NCBI GenBank assembly: GCA_963780165.1
Contig: CAWABB010000008.1
Span: forward strand, 6,451-70,450
DNA from: an uncultured Ignavibacteria bacterium
GTDB lineage: Bacteria; Bacteroidota; Ignavibacteria; UBA10030; UBA6906
Reading direction: 5' to 3'
Length of the DNA: 64,000 bases
Shown here in pieces: positions 42,794 through 51,711 of the stretch (position 1 is the stretch's first letter; the number at the start of each line of letters is the position of its first letter). Below the pieces are notes generated by a model. The model saw only the letters and a program-made list of their open reading frames with translations. It searched no databases and was not told the DNA's origin. The translations under genes were made by a program, and so were the position numbers.

Positions 42794-45175
42794 CTATCGA
42801 CCGACCCTGAACGGGATCGACAGGTAGGTCGTTGTCCGTCCGTCTGCCGACACGCCCGGAGTGAACTCCGAGGCCATGACCGCCTCGGTGAACAGTACGT
42901 TGAGTGCCGGAAGCGTGCTGCGCGTAACGCGCGATGAAATGGGCTTCCCCTCGGAGTCGATTTCGACGAGCACCGTAACATCGCCGGTCATGCCGGACCG
43001 GAGAATGGCGTCGGGGATCAGAGGCTGCTGCAGCCTTTTGACCCCCGGCGCCTTCGCCGTTTGTGCGGGTCCGGGAGCCGGGGTCGAGGGCTGCTGTTGC
43101 CTGAGAGCCGCCGACTGCACGTCAAGTTTGCTGAGGCCGACGGGAGGATCGGCAGGCTGTTCCACCGGCGGTTCCTTGGCGGCTTCCACCGTCCCCTTGT
43201 CTGGTGCGGCCTCTCCCACCGGCCCGTCTGATACCGGCTCCTCCCTGCGGAGCTTGGCGGGAGTCGCAGCCTTCTTCGAGCCTGCGCTCGCGGGCTGATC
43301 GTCGGGGAGAATCTGCGGCTCGCTGAGCGTTACAGGCGTTGAAGGAGGCTCCCGGGTCTCCGCCTGTTCCGTCGTTTCAGGTTCATGAGCCTTCGTGTCC
43401 GGACGGTCGGGCTTCGTCCCGCTGGGGGAGGAGATCAGGAATACGGCAGCCACGAGTATGAGGGCCCCGACTCCGCCGCCGTACATCACGGGACGATGGC
43501 GATACCAGGCGACGGTGGCGTCGGATTCGCCCGCTTCCGAAGGTGGGGGAGCTGTCTCCCTTGAGCTCAGGTCGTCAAACGCCATGACCGGCGGCGTGAC
43601 CGCATCTCCCAGGGTCATGCCCGCGAAGGTTGAACGGCCACTTCCCGACTGCGATCCGTCTGTGTGTTTGCGCGATCCGAGGGTGTGGGCAAGGGACCCC
43701 TGGTACTCCACAAACGCCGCCTGAATGACGCGCTCGCACTCCTGGACGGCAGGGTGGAGCGGGTCGACTGCATATGCTCGCGCGATCGAGTCGAAGGCCT
43801 TCGCGAAATCGCGGGTGGCGGCATGCTCCCGTGCGGTGTCAAGATGCGCTGCGATGCTGCCAGGGGTTTCCACTGATGCCCCGGTGGCGGGCTTCTGAAC
43901 TGGCGGTACCTCCGGCTCGGATTCCTGGGCACGCAGAATTTCCTGTTCGAGGGCGCGCGTCGGCTCGCTGAATGGATCGATCACGAACGCGAGCGCGACT
44001 TCGGCGAGCGCCGCTTCGAACTGGCTGCGCGTGAGGAACGCGCGGGCGCGATCGAGATGTTTCTCGATCTCCTCCTGTGTGGTCTTGCGCCTGCTCTCGG
44101 CGTCGACTTCCCGCTGGCGAAGAAGCGCCTGCCGTTCTTCCTCCGCTTTCCTGCGGAGGCTCTCCATCTGCTGCTGTTCCTGTTCGCGGCGCTTTGCGAG
44201 CTGTTCCTGCCGCTCGCGGCCGATCGCCTCGTCGCGGGCTGCGGTGATCTCCGCCTCCGCCGCCTGCAGAAGGGAGCTCGTTGGATCCAGCACATACGCC
44301 CTGATGATGATATCCAGCGCCTCGCCGAACGCTCCCTGCGAGGCGGCGGCCTGAGCCTGGTCGGCGGCCGCCTGGACGCCGGCCCGGAGCTCCTCCGCTG
44401 CCCGCGCCCGCTCTTCCTCCTCCTGCTTCTTTCGCTGCAGTTCGGCGCGCGCGGCCAGGTCCTGCGCCCGTGCGATTTCCTGCTCCAGTTGCCGTGCCGC
44501 ATGATTGTTCGGATCCAGCACGAGCGCAAACGCGAGCTCGTTCTGGGCTTCCTTCAGCCGTCCGGAGGACAGGAGTGTGCGGCAGCGCGAGAGCGATTCG
44601 TTCAGCTTCAGTTCGTGCGCAACCCGGCGTGCCTGCTCCTCCTGCGTTCTCCGCACATCGTCCTCGCGGCGGAGGTTCTCCATCTCATTGTGATGGATTT
44701 CTTCCTGCTCCCTGGTCATGCGCTCCCGCTCGGTCTCCGCGAACCGCTCCGCATCCTGGCGGGCTTCGCGGACGCGTTGCTCGAGTCCGATGATGTCGGG
44801 GTTGTCCCCGTCCAGCAGCCGTGCACGGCCCACCTCTTCGAGGGCGCGCTGGAAATCCCCCGTACCGAGATACTCATTCGCCTTCGAGAGGATTGCGGCG
44901 ACCTTGGAAAGGATGGCGACGCGCCGTTGATCAGCGCTCAGCGCGGAGGGAGTGCCCGGGTGCGGCGAGGGAGAGGGTGTGATACCCGGGGCGCGGCCGG
45001 ATTCCGTTGACTCGCTCGGCGGGCGCTGCGGCTGTTCCATGAGGACCCTGATGCGCGCTTCATACGCCCTGACGTACGGGTTCTTGGGGTCCTCGTCCGA
45101 CGCGCGAGCGAGAATGCGCAACGCCTCGGCGTAGTTCCCCTCCTTGACGAGGCGATCGACAAGCTTCAATAGCAT
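42794..45175 (-). CDS. TonB-C-terminal-domain protein with a large cytoplasmic repeat/coiled-coil N-domain
   Basis: Six copies of a ~36-aa TPR-like unit separated by E/R/Q-rich helices, one TM helix (GGGVGALILVAAVFLISS), a Pro/Glu/Ala-rich linker and a TonB_C-like end (GDVTVLVEIDSEGKPISSRVTRS..SIPFRVGR). The start is uncertain (45175, or 45259 as in the ORF track). Confidence 0.6.
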   Translation of the reverse strand: MLLKLVDRLVKEGNYAEALRILARASDEDPKNPYVRAYEARIRVLMEQPQRPPSESTESGRAPGITPSPSPHPGTPSALSADQRRVAILSKVAAILSKANEYLGTGDFQRALEEVGRARLLDGDNPDIIGLEQRVREARQDAERFAETERERMTREQEEIHHNEMENLRREDDVRRTQEEQARRVAHELKLNESLSRCRTLLSSGRLKEAQNELAFALVLDPNNHAARQLEQEIARAQDLAARAELQRKKQEEEERARAAEELRAGVQAAADQAQAAASQGAFGEALDIIIRAYVLDPTSSLLQAAEAEITAARDEAIGRERQEQLAKRREQEQQQMESLRRKAEEERQALLRQREVDAESRRKTTQEEIEKHLDRARAFLTRSQFEAALAEVALAFVIDPFSEPTRALEQEILRAQESEPEVPPVQKPATGASVETPGSIAAHLDTAREHAATRDFAKAFDSIARAYAVDPLHPAVQECERVIQAAFVEYQGSLAHTLGSRKHTDGSQSGSGRSTFAGMTLGDAVTPPVMAFDDLSSRETAPPPSEAGESDATVAWYRHRPVMYGGGVGALILVAAVFLISSPSGTKPDRPDTKAHEPETTEQAETREPPSTPVTLSEPQILPDDQPASAGSKKAATPAKLRREEPVSDGPVGEAAPDKGTVEAAKEPPVEQPADPPVGLSKLDVQSAALRQQQPSTPAPGPAQTAKAPGVKRLQQPLIPDAILRSGMTGDVTVLVEIDSEGKPISSRVTRSTLPALNVLFTEAVMASEFTPGVSADGRTTTYLSIPFRVGR

Positions 45176-45544
45176 AGTGCCCGGCAATGGAGTCCTCTCG
45201 GTGCCTGAGTGTGTATGTGCCTGTAAGTCCATCTGATGAAAAGGCAAAGGGCATGCCATGCGGATATGAGGGCTTCCCCCGCGTATTCCTCAAGATGGCT
45301 GTGATTCCCGGGCGTGGGAGCCAGAAAAAAGGAGAATCTACAGTGATGTGCACTCATGAGAAACTGAAGCGGCACCGATGAAGTCTCAGGCGAGCGCGGG
45401 ATGAGAAAAGTGTTGGTGACGAACGCGGTGGATGCCGGAGCGAGAGCGAACGGGGCGTCGTCAGTCCTCAAGCTGTGGCACGAAAGTCACGAAGGTGTGG
45501 GGGACGCCTGCGGACGGCGAGCAGAACACGACGCGCCGAGGCAC

Positions 45545-46423
45545 CTACTCGATGTACGACGAGTCGGGCGCAACCTGTGTCGAGTCGGCCCGCGGAGCGG
45601 CCTGCTCCGGAGCGTAAAGCTCGCGCTGAGGCGGAGGGACGGCCGACCGGGGAGTGGGAGTCGAGGGCGATTCCAGCTTCTTGATCAGGAAGACTGTGGC
45701 GAAGGCCAGGAGCGCGAGCGCAAGAAAGAGAAGGATGATCGATAACGGCGACAGCTTCTTTCGACCGGCGGGAGGCGTGTTGCCGTTTGTGCGCGGCTTT
45801 GCCGCTGCCTCTTCCGGCGCGCGCGGCTTCGCCGCCGGCCGGGTTGATTGCGGGCCGGGTTTCGGCGTGGGCGTGCCCGAGGCCGCTTGCGCGGACGCCG
45901 ATTCCCTGCTGATGCGTGAGAGCTCCCCGATCTGGGCTTCGAAATCGCGGGCGATGGTGTTCTCGGGATCGATGATGAACACGCGGCGAATTTCGGCCAG
46001 CGCGTGGTCGTACTCGCCCTTCTTGACGTAATCGTGGGCGTGCTGGAAATACTGGTTCTTGAGCCACTCGTGAGCCGCGGCTCGTTCGGCCCGGGCGCGC
46101 TCGGCCGCCGCCGCGTCCGGCGCGGGTGCGGAAGGCATCGCGCGTTCGCCCGAGCCTGCCAGCGCACGATCCATGATGCCCGGGATCGATTCGAGAATGT
46201 CGCTGCGCTCATCGTCGCCGAGCTTGCCCGCCAGGCTCAACTCGATGAGCTGTTCGACCTGTCGCTCAAAGGCGAGGACGTACACGTTGCGGGGGCTCAG
46301 CTTCTTCGCCTCTCTGACTGACGCGAGGGCGTCGTGATACGAGCCCGCTTCCGTGAGATCCCGTCCCTTCGCGAGGAGGCCGGCGAGTTCTTCAGATGAG
46401 AGAGGCTGCTGATGCTCAGTCAT
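45545..46423 (-). CDS. Hypothetical membrane-anchored protein with two copies of the same TPR-like unit
   Basis: The units GSYHDALASVREAKKLSPRNVYVLAFERQVEQL and GEYDHALAEIRRVFIIDPENTIARDFEAQIGEL match the repeat of the neighbouring 793-aa protein. C-terminal TM helix (SIILLFLALALLAFATVFLI). Confidence 0.55.
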   Translation of the reverse strand: MTEHQQPLSSEELAGLLAKGRDLTEAGSYHDALASVREAKKLSPRNVYVLAFERQVEQLIELSLAGKLGDDERSDILESIPGIMDRALAGSGERAMPSAPAPDAAAAERARAERAAAHEWLKNQYFQHAHDYVKKGEYDHALAEIRRVFIIDPENTIARDFEAQIGELSRISRESASAQAASGTPTPKPGPQSTRPAAKPRAPEEAAAKPRTNGNTPPAGRKKLSPLSIILLFLALALLAFATVFLIKKLESPSTPTPRSAVPPPQRELYAPEQAAPRADSTQVAPDSSYIE

Positions 46424-46435
46424 GGTCCGATGCGC

Positions 46436-47533
46436 TCAGAGCGACTTCTCTGTCTCTCGATCGAAGAAGTGAAGCTTGGTGGTGTCGACCAGAAGCGTGT
46501 ACGCGCGGCCAACCTCCGGGGGACGGTCGGCGGCGAATCGCGCCACGTACTGCGATGCCGTCCCGGTCGTGAAGTAGACGAAGATCTCGTTGCCGACGGG
46601 CTCGACCACCTCGACGTTCGCGGTGATGGGTGCCATATGCTCGCCGCCGTCCTGCTGCTGGGCGAAGATATGCTCGGGGCGGATCCCCAGGACGATCGAC
46701 GTCGAGCCTTTGAGGCGCTCCTTGTACGAGGTCGGGAGCGTGATGCTGAGCGGCGAGCCTTCCTGCGCGAACTGCGCCGTTCCGTTCGCTCGAATGGTCC
46801 CGGAGAGGAAGTTCATCGTCGGGCTTCCGATGAAGCCCGCAACGAACTTGTTCGCGGGATGATGATAAATGTTGAGCGGCGTGTCCACCTGCTGCACGAT
46901 CCCGTCCTTGAGGACCACGATCCGGTCGCCCATCGACATCGCCTCGATCTGATCGTGCGTCACGTAGATCATGGTCGTCTGCAGGCGGTGGTGGAGTCGT
47001 GAGATTTCTGTGCGCATCTGGACGCGGAGGTTGGCGTCGAGGTTGCTCAGCGGCTCGTCGAAGAGGAAGACCTTGGGGTTCCGGACAATCGCCCTGCCGA
47101 GCGCGACGCGCTGGCGTTGACCGCCTGAGAGCGCCTTTGGCTTCCGATCGAGATAGGCGTCGATGCCCAGGATTTTGGCGGCGTTCTGTACGCGGCGGTC
47201 GATCTCGTCCTTCGGAGTTTTCCGGAGTTTCAGCCCGAACGCGAGGTTTTCGTACACCGTCATGTGCGGGTAGAGGGCGTAGTTCTGAAACACCATCGCG
47301 ATGTCCCGGTCCTTCGGGGGAACTTCGTTGACAACCTTGCCGTCGATCGAAATGGTGCCTGTCGAAATCTCCTCAAGTCCCGCGATCATGCGCAAAACAG
47401 TTGACTTTCCGCACCCCGAGGGGCCGACCAGGACTACGAACTCTCTGTCCTTGATTGTGACGGAGACATCACGGACTGCGGTGACCTTTCCGTCGTAGAT
47501 CTTATGAACGCCTTCAAGCTTGACTTCTGCCAT
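46436..47533 (-). CDS. Sugar-type ABC transporter ATP-binding protein (MalK/UgpC/MsmX-like), no cognate permease nearby
   Basis: Walker A GPSGCGKST, signature LSGGQRQRVALGRA, Walker B FLFDEPLSNLD and a C-terminal TOBE-like regulatory domain. ATG at 47533 (MAEVKLEGV). Confidence 0.9.
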   Translation of the reverse strand: MAEVKLEGVHKIYDGKVTAVRDVSVTIKDREFVVLVGPSGCGKSTVLRMIAGLEEISTGTISIDGKVVNEVPPKDRDIAMVFQNYALYPHMTVYENLAFGLKLRKTPKDEIDRRVQNAAKILGIDAYLDRKPKALSGGQRQRVALGRAIVRNPKVFLFDEPLSNLDANLRVQMRTEISRLHHRLQTTMIYVTHDQIEAMSMGDRIVVLKDGIVQQVDTPLNIYHHPANKFVAGFIGSPTMNFLSGTIRANGTAQFAQEGSPLSITLPTSYKERLKGSTSIVLGIRPEHIFAQQQDGGEHMAPITANVEVVEPVGNEIFVYFTTGTASQYVARFAADRPPEVGRAYTLLVDTTKLHFFDRETEKSL

Positions 47534-47646
47534 GCGGGGTCCGGAAGGTGTGGTGATGGGCTCAACAATATACCGACGCACGAAGCAAAACACAACCCCG
47601 GTTCGCCCGATCGGGAGCCGACATTACTTCGAAGGGAAAAAAACTC

Positions 47647-47676
47647 TTGACAGGAGGGGGGAGCGTCTCGTATCTT
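47647..47676 (+). promoter_or_regulatory. Candidate promoter for the LacI/TonB-dependent-receptor operon (TTGACA-N18-TATCTT)
   Basis: TTGACA at 47647-47652 and TATCTT at 47671-47676, lying 60 nt upstream of the LacI ATG. Confidence 0.45.
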
Positions 47677-47679
47677 CGG

Positions 47680-47693
47680 TGGAAGCGCTTCCA
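47680..47693. promoter_or_regulatory. LacI-family operator: perfect 14-bp palindrome TGGAAGCGCTTCCA
   Basis: Fits the LacI/GalR operator pattern TGnAAnCGnTTnCA with a central CG. It sits 4 nt downstream of the -10 element, between the divergent ABC ATPase and LacI genes. Confidence 0.6.
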
Positions 47694-47736
47694 GACCATC
47701 CTCCACCAACGCGTCCACAGATCCCCCTCGATCTTC

Positions 47737-48846
47737 ATGCGCGTCACGATCTACGACCTTGCGAGAGAGGCCGGTGTCGGCATCGGAACAGTATCCCGAT
47801 GCCTGAACAACCATCCGAACGTCTCCGCGCCGACCAGGGCTCGCGTTCTGGACGCAGCGCGGCGGCTGAGCTACCAGCCCCACGCGCACGCACAAGGCCT
47901 CGCCTCCCAGCGCACCAATACGATCGCCGCCATCATCCCCTACTTCACCAACTACTTCTTCCAGCAGGTCCTGCAGGGCATTCAGGACAAGGCGGGGGAA
48001 TCGGGGTTCGACCTCATCCTGTACGGTGTCAACCATCCGGAGCAGGTGCAGGACTATCTTCACCGCTCGCTCCAGCGGGGCAAGGTGGACGGCGTGATGT
48101 TCTTCTCTATGAAGTTTCCGGAGAACTATGCCGAGAAGTTCCAACAGATGCTGCTCCCGCTCGTCCTCGTCGATGGCTCGCATCCGGACTTCGACTCGAT
48201 TCGCGTGGAGAATCGGGAGGGCGCCTTCCTTGCCGTGCGGCACCTGATCCGCCTCGGGCATACGCGCATCGCGATGATCAACGCGAGCATGGATACGCTG
48301 CCCGCGCGCGAACGGTACCAGGGATATGTCCAGGCGCTGGCGGAGCACGACATCCCGCTGTCGACCGACAGGGTCTTCCCGAGCGACACCCCCTGGCAGG
48401 ACGGGTTCACGAGGGAAGCGGGGCGCGAGGGGATGCGGCGGCTGCTGGCCCGGCGCAGGGCGGGAGATGGGATCACGGCGGCGCTCGTGGCCAGCGACAT
48501 CCAGGCGATGGGGGCTCTGGAAGCGGCCCGTGAGGCGCACGTCAGGATCCCGGAGGAGCTTGCGATCGTCGGGTTCGACGACATCGAGCTTGCGAAGTAC
48601 CTGCAGCTGACCACGATGCGCCAGCCGATGTACGAAATGGGCGTGCTCGCGATGGAGCGCCTGGTCGCGCGGATCCGCACCCCCGACTTGGTTCCGACGC
48701 TGACCACCTTTGTTCCCGAGCTGGTCGTCCGCGGGACCTGCGGAGCTGCATCGCGCGAGAGCGGGCTCGTCCGCCCGGCCGCCACGCTGTCTGAACAGAA
48801 TCTGATTCGACAACACCCGGCGAATCACGCCGGAGTCACCAGCTGA
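47737..48846 (+). CDS. LacI-family transcriptional regulator
   Basis: N-terminal HTH MRVTIYDLAREAGVGIGTVSRCLN followed by a periplasmic-binding-protein-like sugar-binding core. Confidence 0.9.
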   Translation: MRVTIYDLAREAGVGIGTVSRCLNNHPNVSAPTRARVLDAARRLSYQPHAHAQGLASQRTNTIAAIIPYFTNYFFQQVLQGIQDKAGESGFDLILYGVNHPEQVQDYLHRSLQRGKVDGVMFFSMKFPENYAEKFQQMLLPLVLVDGSHPDFDSIRVENREGAFLAVRHLIRLGHTRIAMINASMDTLPARERYQGYVQALAEHDIPLSTDRVFPSDTPWQDGFTREAGREGMRRLLARRRAGDGITAALVASDIQAMGALEAAREAHVRIPEELAIVGFDDIELAKYLQLTTMRQPMYEMGVLAMERLVARIRTPDLVPTLTTFVPELVVRGTCGAASRESGLVRPAATLSEQNLIRQHPANHAGVTS

Positions 48847-48876
48847 ACCACCAGCAACCTGGAGGAGTCAACAGGC

Positions 48877-51711
48877 ATGGGACGGATACTCTGTACGGTT
48901 GTTCCGATCCTCCTCCTCGCCGCATCGGTGTCCCTCGCGGGGAACACCGGAAAAATCACGGGCGAGGTCAAAGACGGGGCGACTGGCGAAGCCCTCGTGG
49001 GTGCGAACATCGTCATCCAGGGGACGACCCAGGGGTCGGCCACGAACATCGACGGGTACTATGTCATTCTCAACATACCCCCCGGGACCTACACGCTGGT
49101 CGCCTCGGCGGTGGGCTTCAACCGGAAAACGATCACCAACGTCAACGTCTCCATCGACCTTACAACGACCATCGATATCTCGATGCAGTCCGCCGTCGTC
49201 GAAATGGGTGAAGAGGTTGTGGTGACCGCGGTGCGGCCGATGGTCCAGGCCGACCAGACCGCCAAGACCGCCGTCGTGGGAGGCGATGCGATCCAGGCCC
49301 TGCCGGTGACCGAGGTGTCGGAGGTGATCGACCTCCAGGCAGGGTTCGTCGGCGGAAGCCTCCGCGGCGGGCGAAGCGGGGAGGTCGCGTACTGGATCGA
49401 CGGCGTCCCGGTGACCGACGTATTCAACGGAACGCAGGTGGTGGAAGTGAACCGGCAACTCGTGCAAGAGCTGCAGCTCGTCTCGGGCGCGTTTAACGCC
49501 GAGTACGGCCAGGCCATGTCCGGCATCGTGAACATCGCCACGCGCGAGGGGGGACCAAAGTTCTCCGGAGGCATCGGGACGTACATCGGCCAGTACTGGA
49601 CGAACGGGAAGGCGAGTGCGGTGAACGGAGAGAAGCTGGCGTTCCCCGGTCTCGACGAGTTCGACCCGACTGCCATCCACAACTTTGAAGCGAACCTGAG
49701 CGGACCGATCCTGGGGGAAGACCTCACGTTCTTCGTCAATGGCCGCTACATCTACTTCGACGGCTGGCTGAAAGGGTACAGCCGGTACAACCCGCAGAAC
49801 ATCTCCTACACCGACCCCCTGACGCGCGAGTTCATCATGTATCGCGATGCAGAAGGGCGCGGTGACAGCGCGCTCACGTCCATGGACGAGAGCCGGCGGT
49901 GGTACGGCCAGGGGAAACTCACGTGGAAGGCCTCGCCGACGATGAAATTGAACGCGAACTACATTTACGACGACACCAAAGCCAACCGGTATAATCGAAG
50001 CTTCTACTATGACCCCGCCGGAATGGGGGATGAACTGAACACCAGCAACACGGTCATTCTCCAGTTCAGCCACACGCTGTCCGAGAGGACGTTCTATACC
50101 GTCGGTGCGTCCTGGTTCCAGCGTGACGTGGGGTACCGCCTCTACGATTTTGACTACGTTCCCGACCCATCCGGGACGGGCGACCTGATTCAGGTCGAGC
50201 AGCCCGGCGGACCGAGCTACGTGCATCCCAAACTCTTCCTCACGCCCGATTCATACAGCTACTTCACGGGCGGGACGGATATGAATGTATTCGATCGCCG
50301 GACGATCACCAAGTTGATCAAATTCGATCTGTCAAGCCAGCTGGACCAGGTCAACCTCATCAAGGTGGGCGCCGAGTACAGATCCCACAACGTGTTCTTC
50401 GAGAATATCACGCTTCAGCCGATCGCGACTCAGACCGACATCGACCTGGCGACGGACAGCCCCTACATCCAGACCCGCATCCTGCCCACATCGTCAAACT
50501 CACACGACGTGTACGACCGCCGGCCCCATGAGTTCGCGGCGTACGTGCAGGACAAGCTCGAGTTCAAGAACTTCATCCTGAATATCGGCGTGCGGTTCGA
50601 CTATTTCGAGCCTGACGGGTACGTCCTCAACGACGACCTGTCGAACGGGGGCATCTATTATACTGTGGATGATCCGAATATCTACGCCCCTATCAAGCCC
50701 TCGAATCAGGCGAAGACCCTTGAAGAGCGTAGGACGTACTGGTACAAGCCCGCGAAGGCGAAATCGCAGTTCAGTCCCCGCATCGGGGCATCGTTCCCGA
50801 TCACTGCGCGGGGCATCGTGTACTTCTCCTACGGCCATTTCTTCCAGGTGCCACGGTTCGAGCGCCTGTACCAGAATCCTGATTTCAAAATCGGATTCGG
50901 AACAGGAAACCAGGGAGTCGTCGGGAACACGGACCTGAGTCCCGAGCAGACTATCAACGCTGAGATCGGCGTGCAGCAGCAGCTCACCGACGACATCGCG
51001 GTCGACCTCACCGCCTACCTGAGGGACGTTCGCGGGCTGACGGGCACGCGTTCGCAGGAGATCGTCGTGTTCGGCGGCGCCTCCAAATACAGCCGGTTCA
51101 CCAACAGCGACTTCGGCCTCATTAAGGGAATCATCATCACGCTGAGAAAGCAGTTCGGCATGGGCTTCTCCGCCACCGTGGACTACACGTACTCGGTTGC
51201 GAAGGGGAGCGCCTCCGATCCGGAACAGGCCCGCAATGCACTCGCCGGCGGGTCGCTGCCGGAAGTGCAGCTGACACCGCTCCCCTGGGACCAGCGCCAC
51301 ACGCTGAACGTGACGGCGAACTACAGTAAGGAGTCCTGGGGCGTCAGCGCCATCGGTCAGTTCGGAAGCGGGTTCCCCTATACGCCGAGGAGCTCAGCCG
51401 ACATCACCTCGCTCCTCACCAACAGCCAGCTCAAGCCGTCGTCCACAAATCTCGACCTCCGCGCGTTCTACAACTTCCCGATCGGGGATTTCCGCCTCGT
51501 GGCGTTCGCGCGCGTGTTCAACGTGCTCGATACCAGAAACGAAGTGGAGGTGTGGAACGACACCGGCCGGGCTGGATATACGACGTACGAGGAACAGGCC
51601 CGCCAGACGAATCCCTCTGAAGCCATCAACACGCTATCGCAGTGGTACACGCAACCCACGTACTACTCGGAGCCCCGGCGGATCGAACTTGGATTGAACC
51701 TGGAGTTCTAA
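48877..51711 (+). CDS. TonB-dependent outer-membrane receptor with N-terminal carboxypeptidase-regulatory-like domain
   Basis: Signal peptide, CarboxypepD_reg-like segment (GKITGEVKDGATGEALVGANIVIQGT..DGYYVILNIPPGTY), plug, a long beta-barrel and terminal ...GLNLEF. GGAGGAG Shine-Dalgarno. Confidence 0.85.
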   Translation: MGRILCTVVPILLLAASVSLAGNTGKITGEVKDGATGEALVGANIVIQGTTQGSATNIDGYYVILNIPPGTYTLVASAVGFNRKTITNVNVSIDLTTTIDISMQSAVVEMGEEVVVTAVRPMVQADQTAKTAVVGGDAIQALPVTEVSEVIDLQAGFVGGSLRGGRSGEVAYWIDGVPVTDVFNGTQVVEVNRQLVQELQLVSGAFNAEYGQAMSGIVNIATREGGPKFSGGIGTYIGQYWTNGKASAVNGEKLAFPGLDEFDPTAIHNFEANLSGPILGEDLTFFVNGRYIYFDGWLKGYSRYNPQNISYTDPLTREFIMYRDAEGRGDSALTSMDESRRWYGQGKLTWKASPTMKLNANYIYDDTKANRYNRSFYYDPAGMGDELNTSNTVILQFSHTLSERTFYTVGASWFQRDVGYRLYDFDYVPDPSGTGDLIQVEQPGGPSYVHPKLFLTPDSYSYFTGGTDMNVFDRRTITKLIKFDLSSQLDQVNLIKVGAEYRSHNVFFENITLQPIATQTDIDLATDSPYIQTRILPTSSNSHDVYDRRPHEFAAYVQDKLEFKNFILNIGVRFDYFEPDGYVLNDDLSNGGIYYTVDDPNIYAPIKPSNQAKTLEERRTYWYKPAKAKSQFSPRIGASFPITARGIVYFSYGHFFQVPRFERLYQNPDFKIGFGTGNQGVVGNTDLSPEQTINAEIGVQQQLTDDIAVDLTAYLRDVRGLTGTRSQEIVVFGGASKYSRFTNSDFGLIKGIIITLRKQFGMGFSATVDYTYSVAKGSASDPEQARNALAGGSLPEVQLTPLPWDQRHTLNVTANYSKESWGVSAIGQFGSGFPYTPRSSADITSLLTNSQLKPSSTNLDLRAFYNFPIGDFRLVAFARVFNVLDTRNEVEVWNDTGRAGYTTYEEQARQTNPSEAINTLSQWYTQPTYYSEPRRIELGLNLEF

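Noticed and set aside
45343-45381. Mini-ORF (GTG/ATG...MCTHEKLKRHR*) on the plus strand preceded by a strong AAGGAG Shine-Dalgarno
   Set aside because: It is only 11-12 codons long with no plus-strand gene downstream that it could serve as a leader for, and it lies in a spacer between minus-strand genes. It is most likely a chance match, though it is noted under the spacer finding.
45476-45491. TGGCAC-gaaag-TCAC on the plus strand as a possible sigma-54 promoter
   Set aside because: The -12 element is not TTGC/GC at the right spacing, and no plus-strand gene follows.
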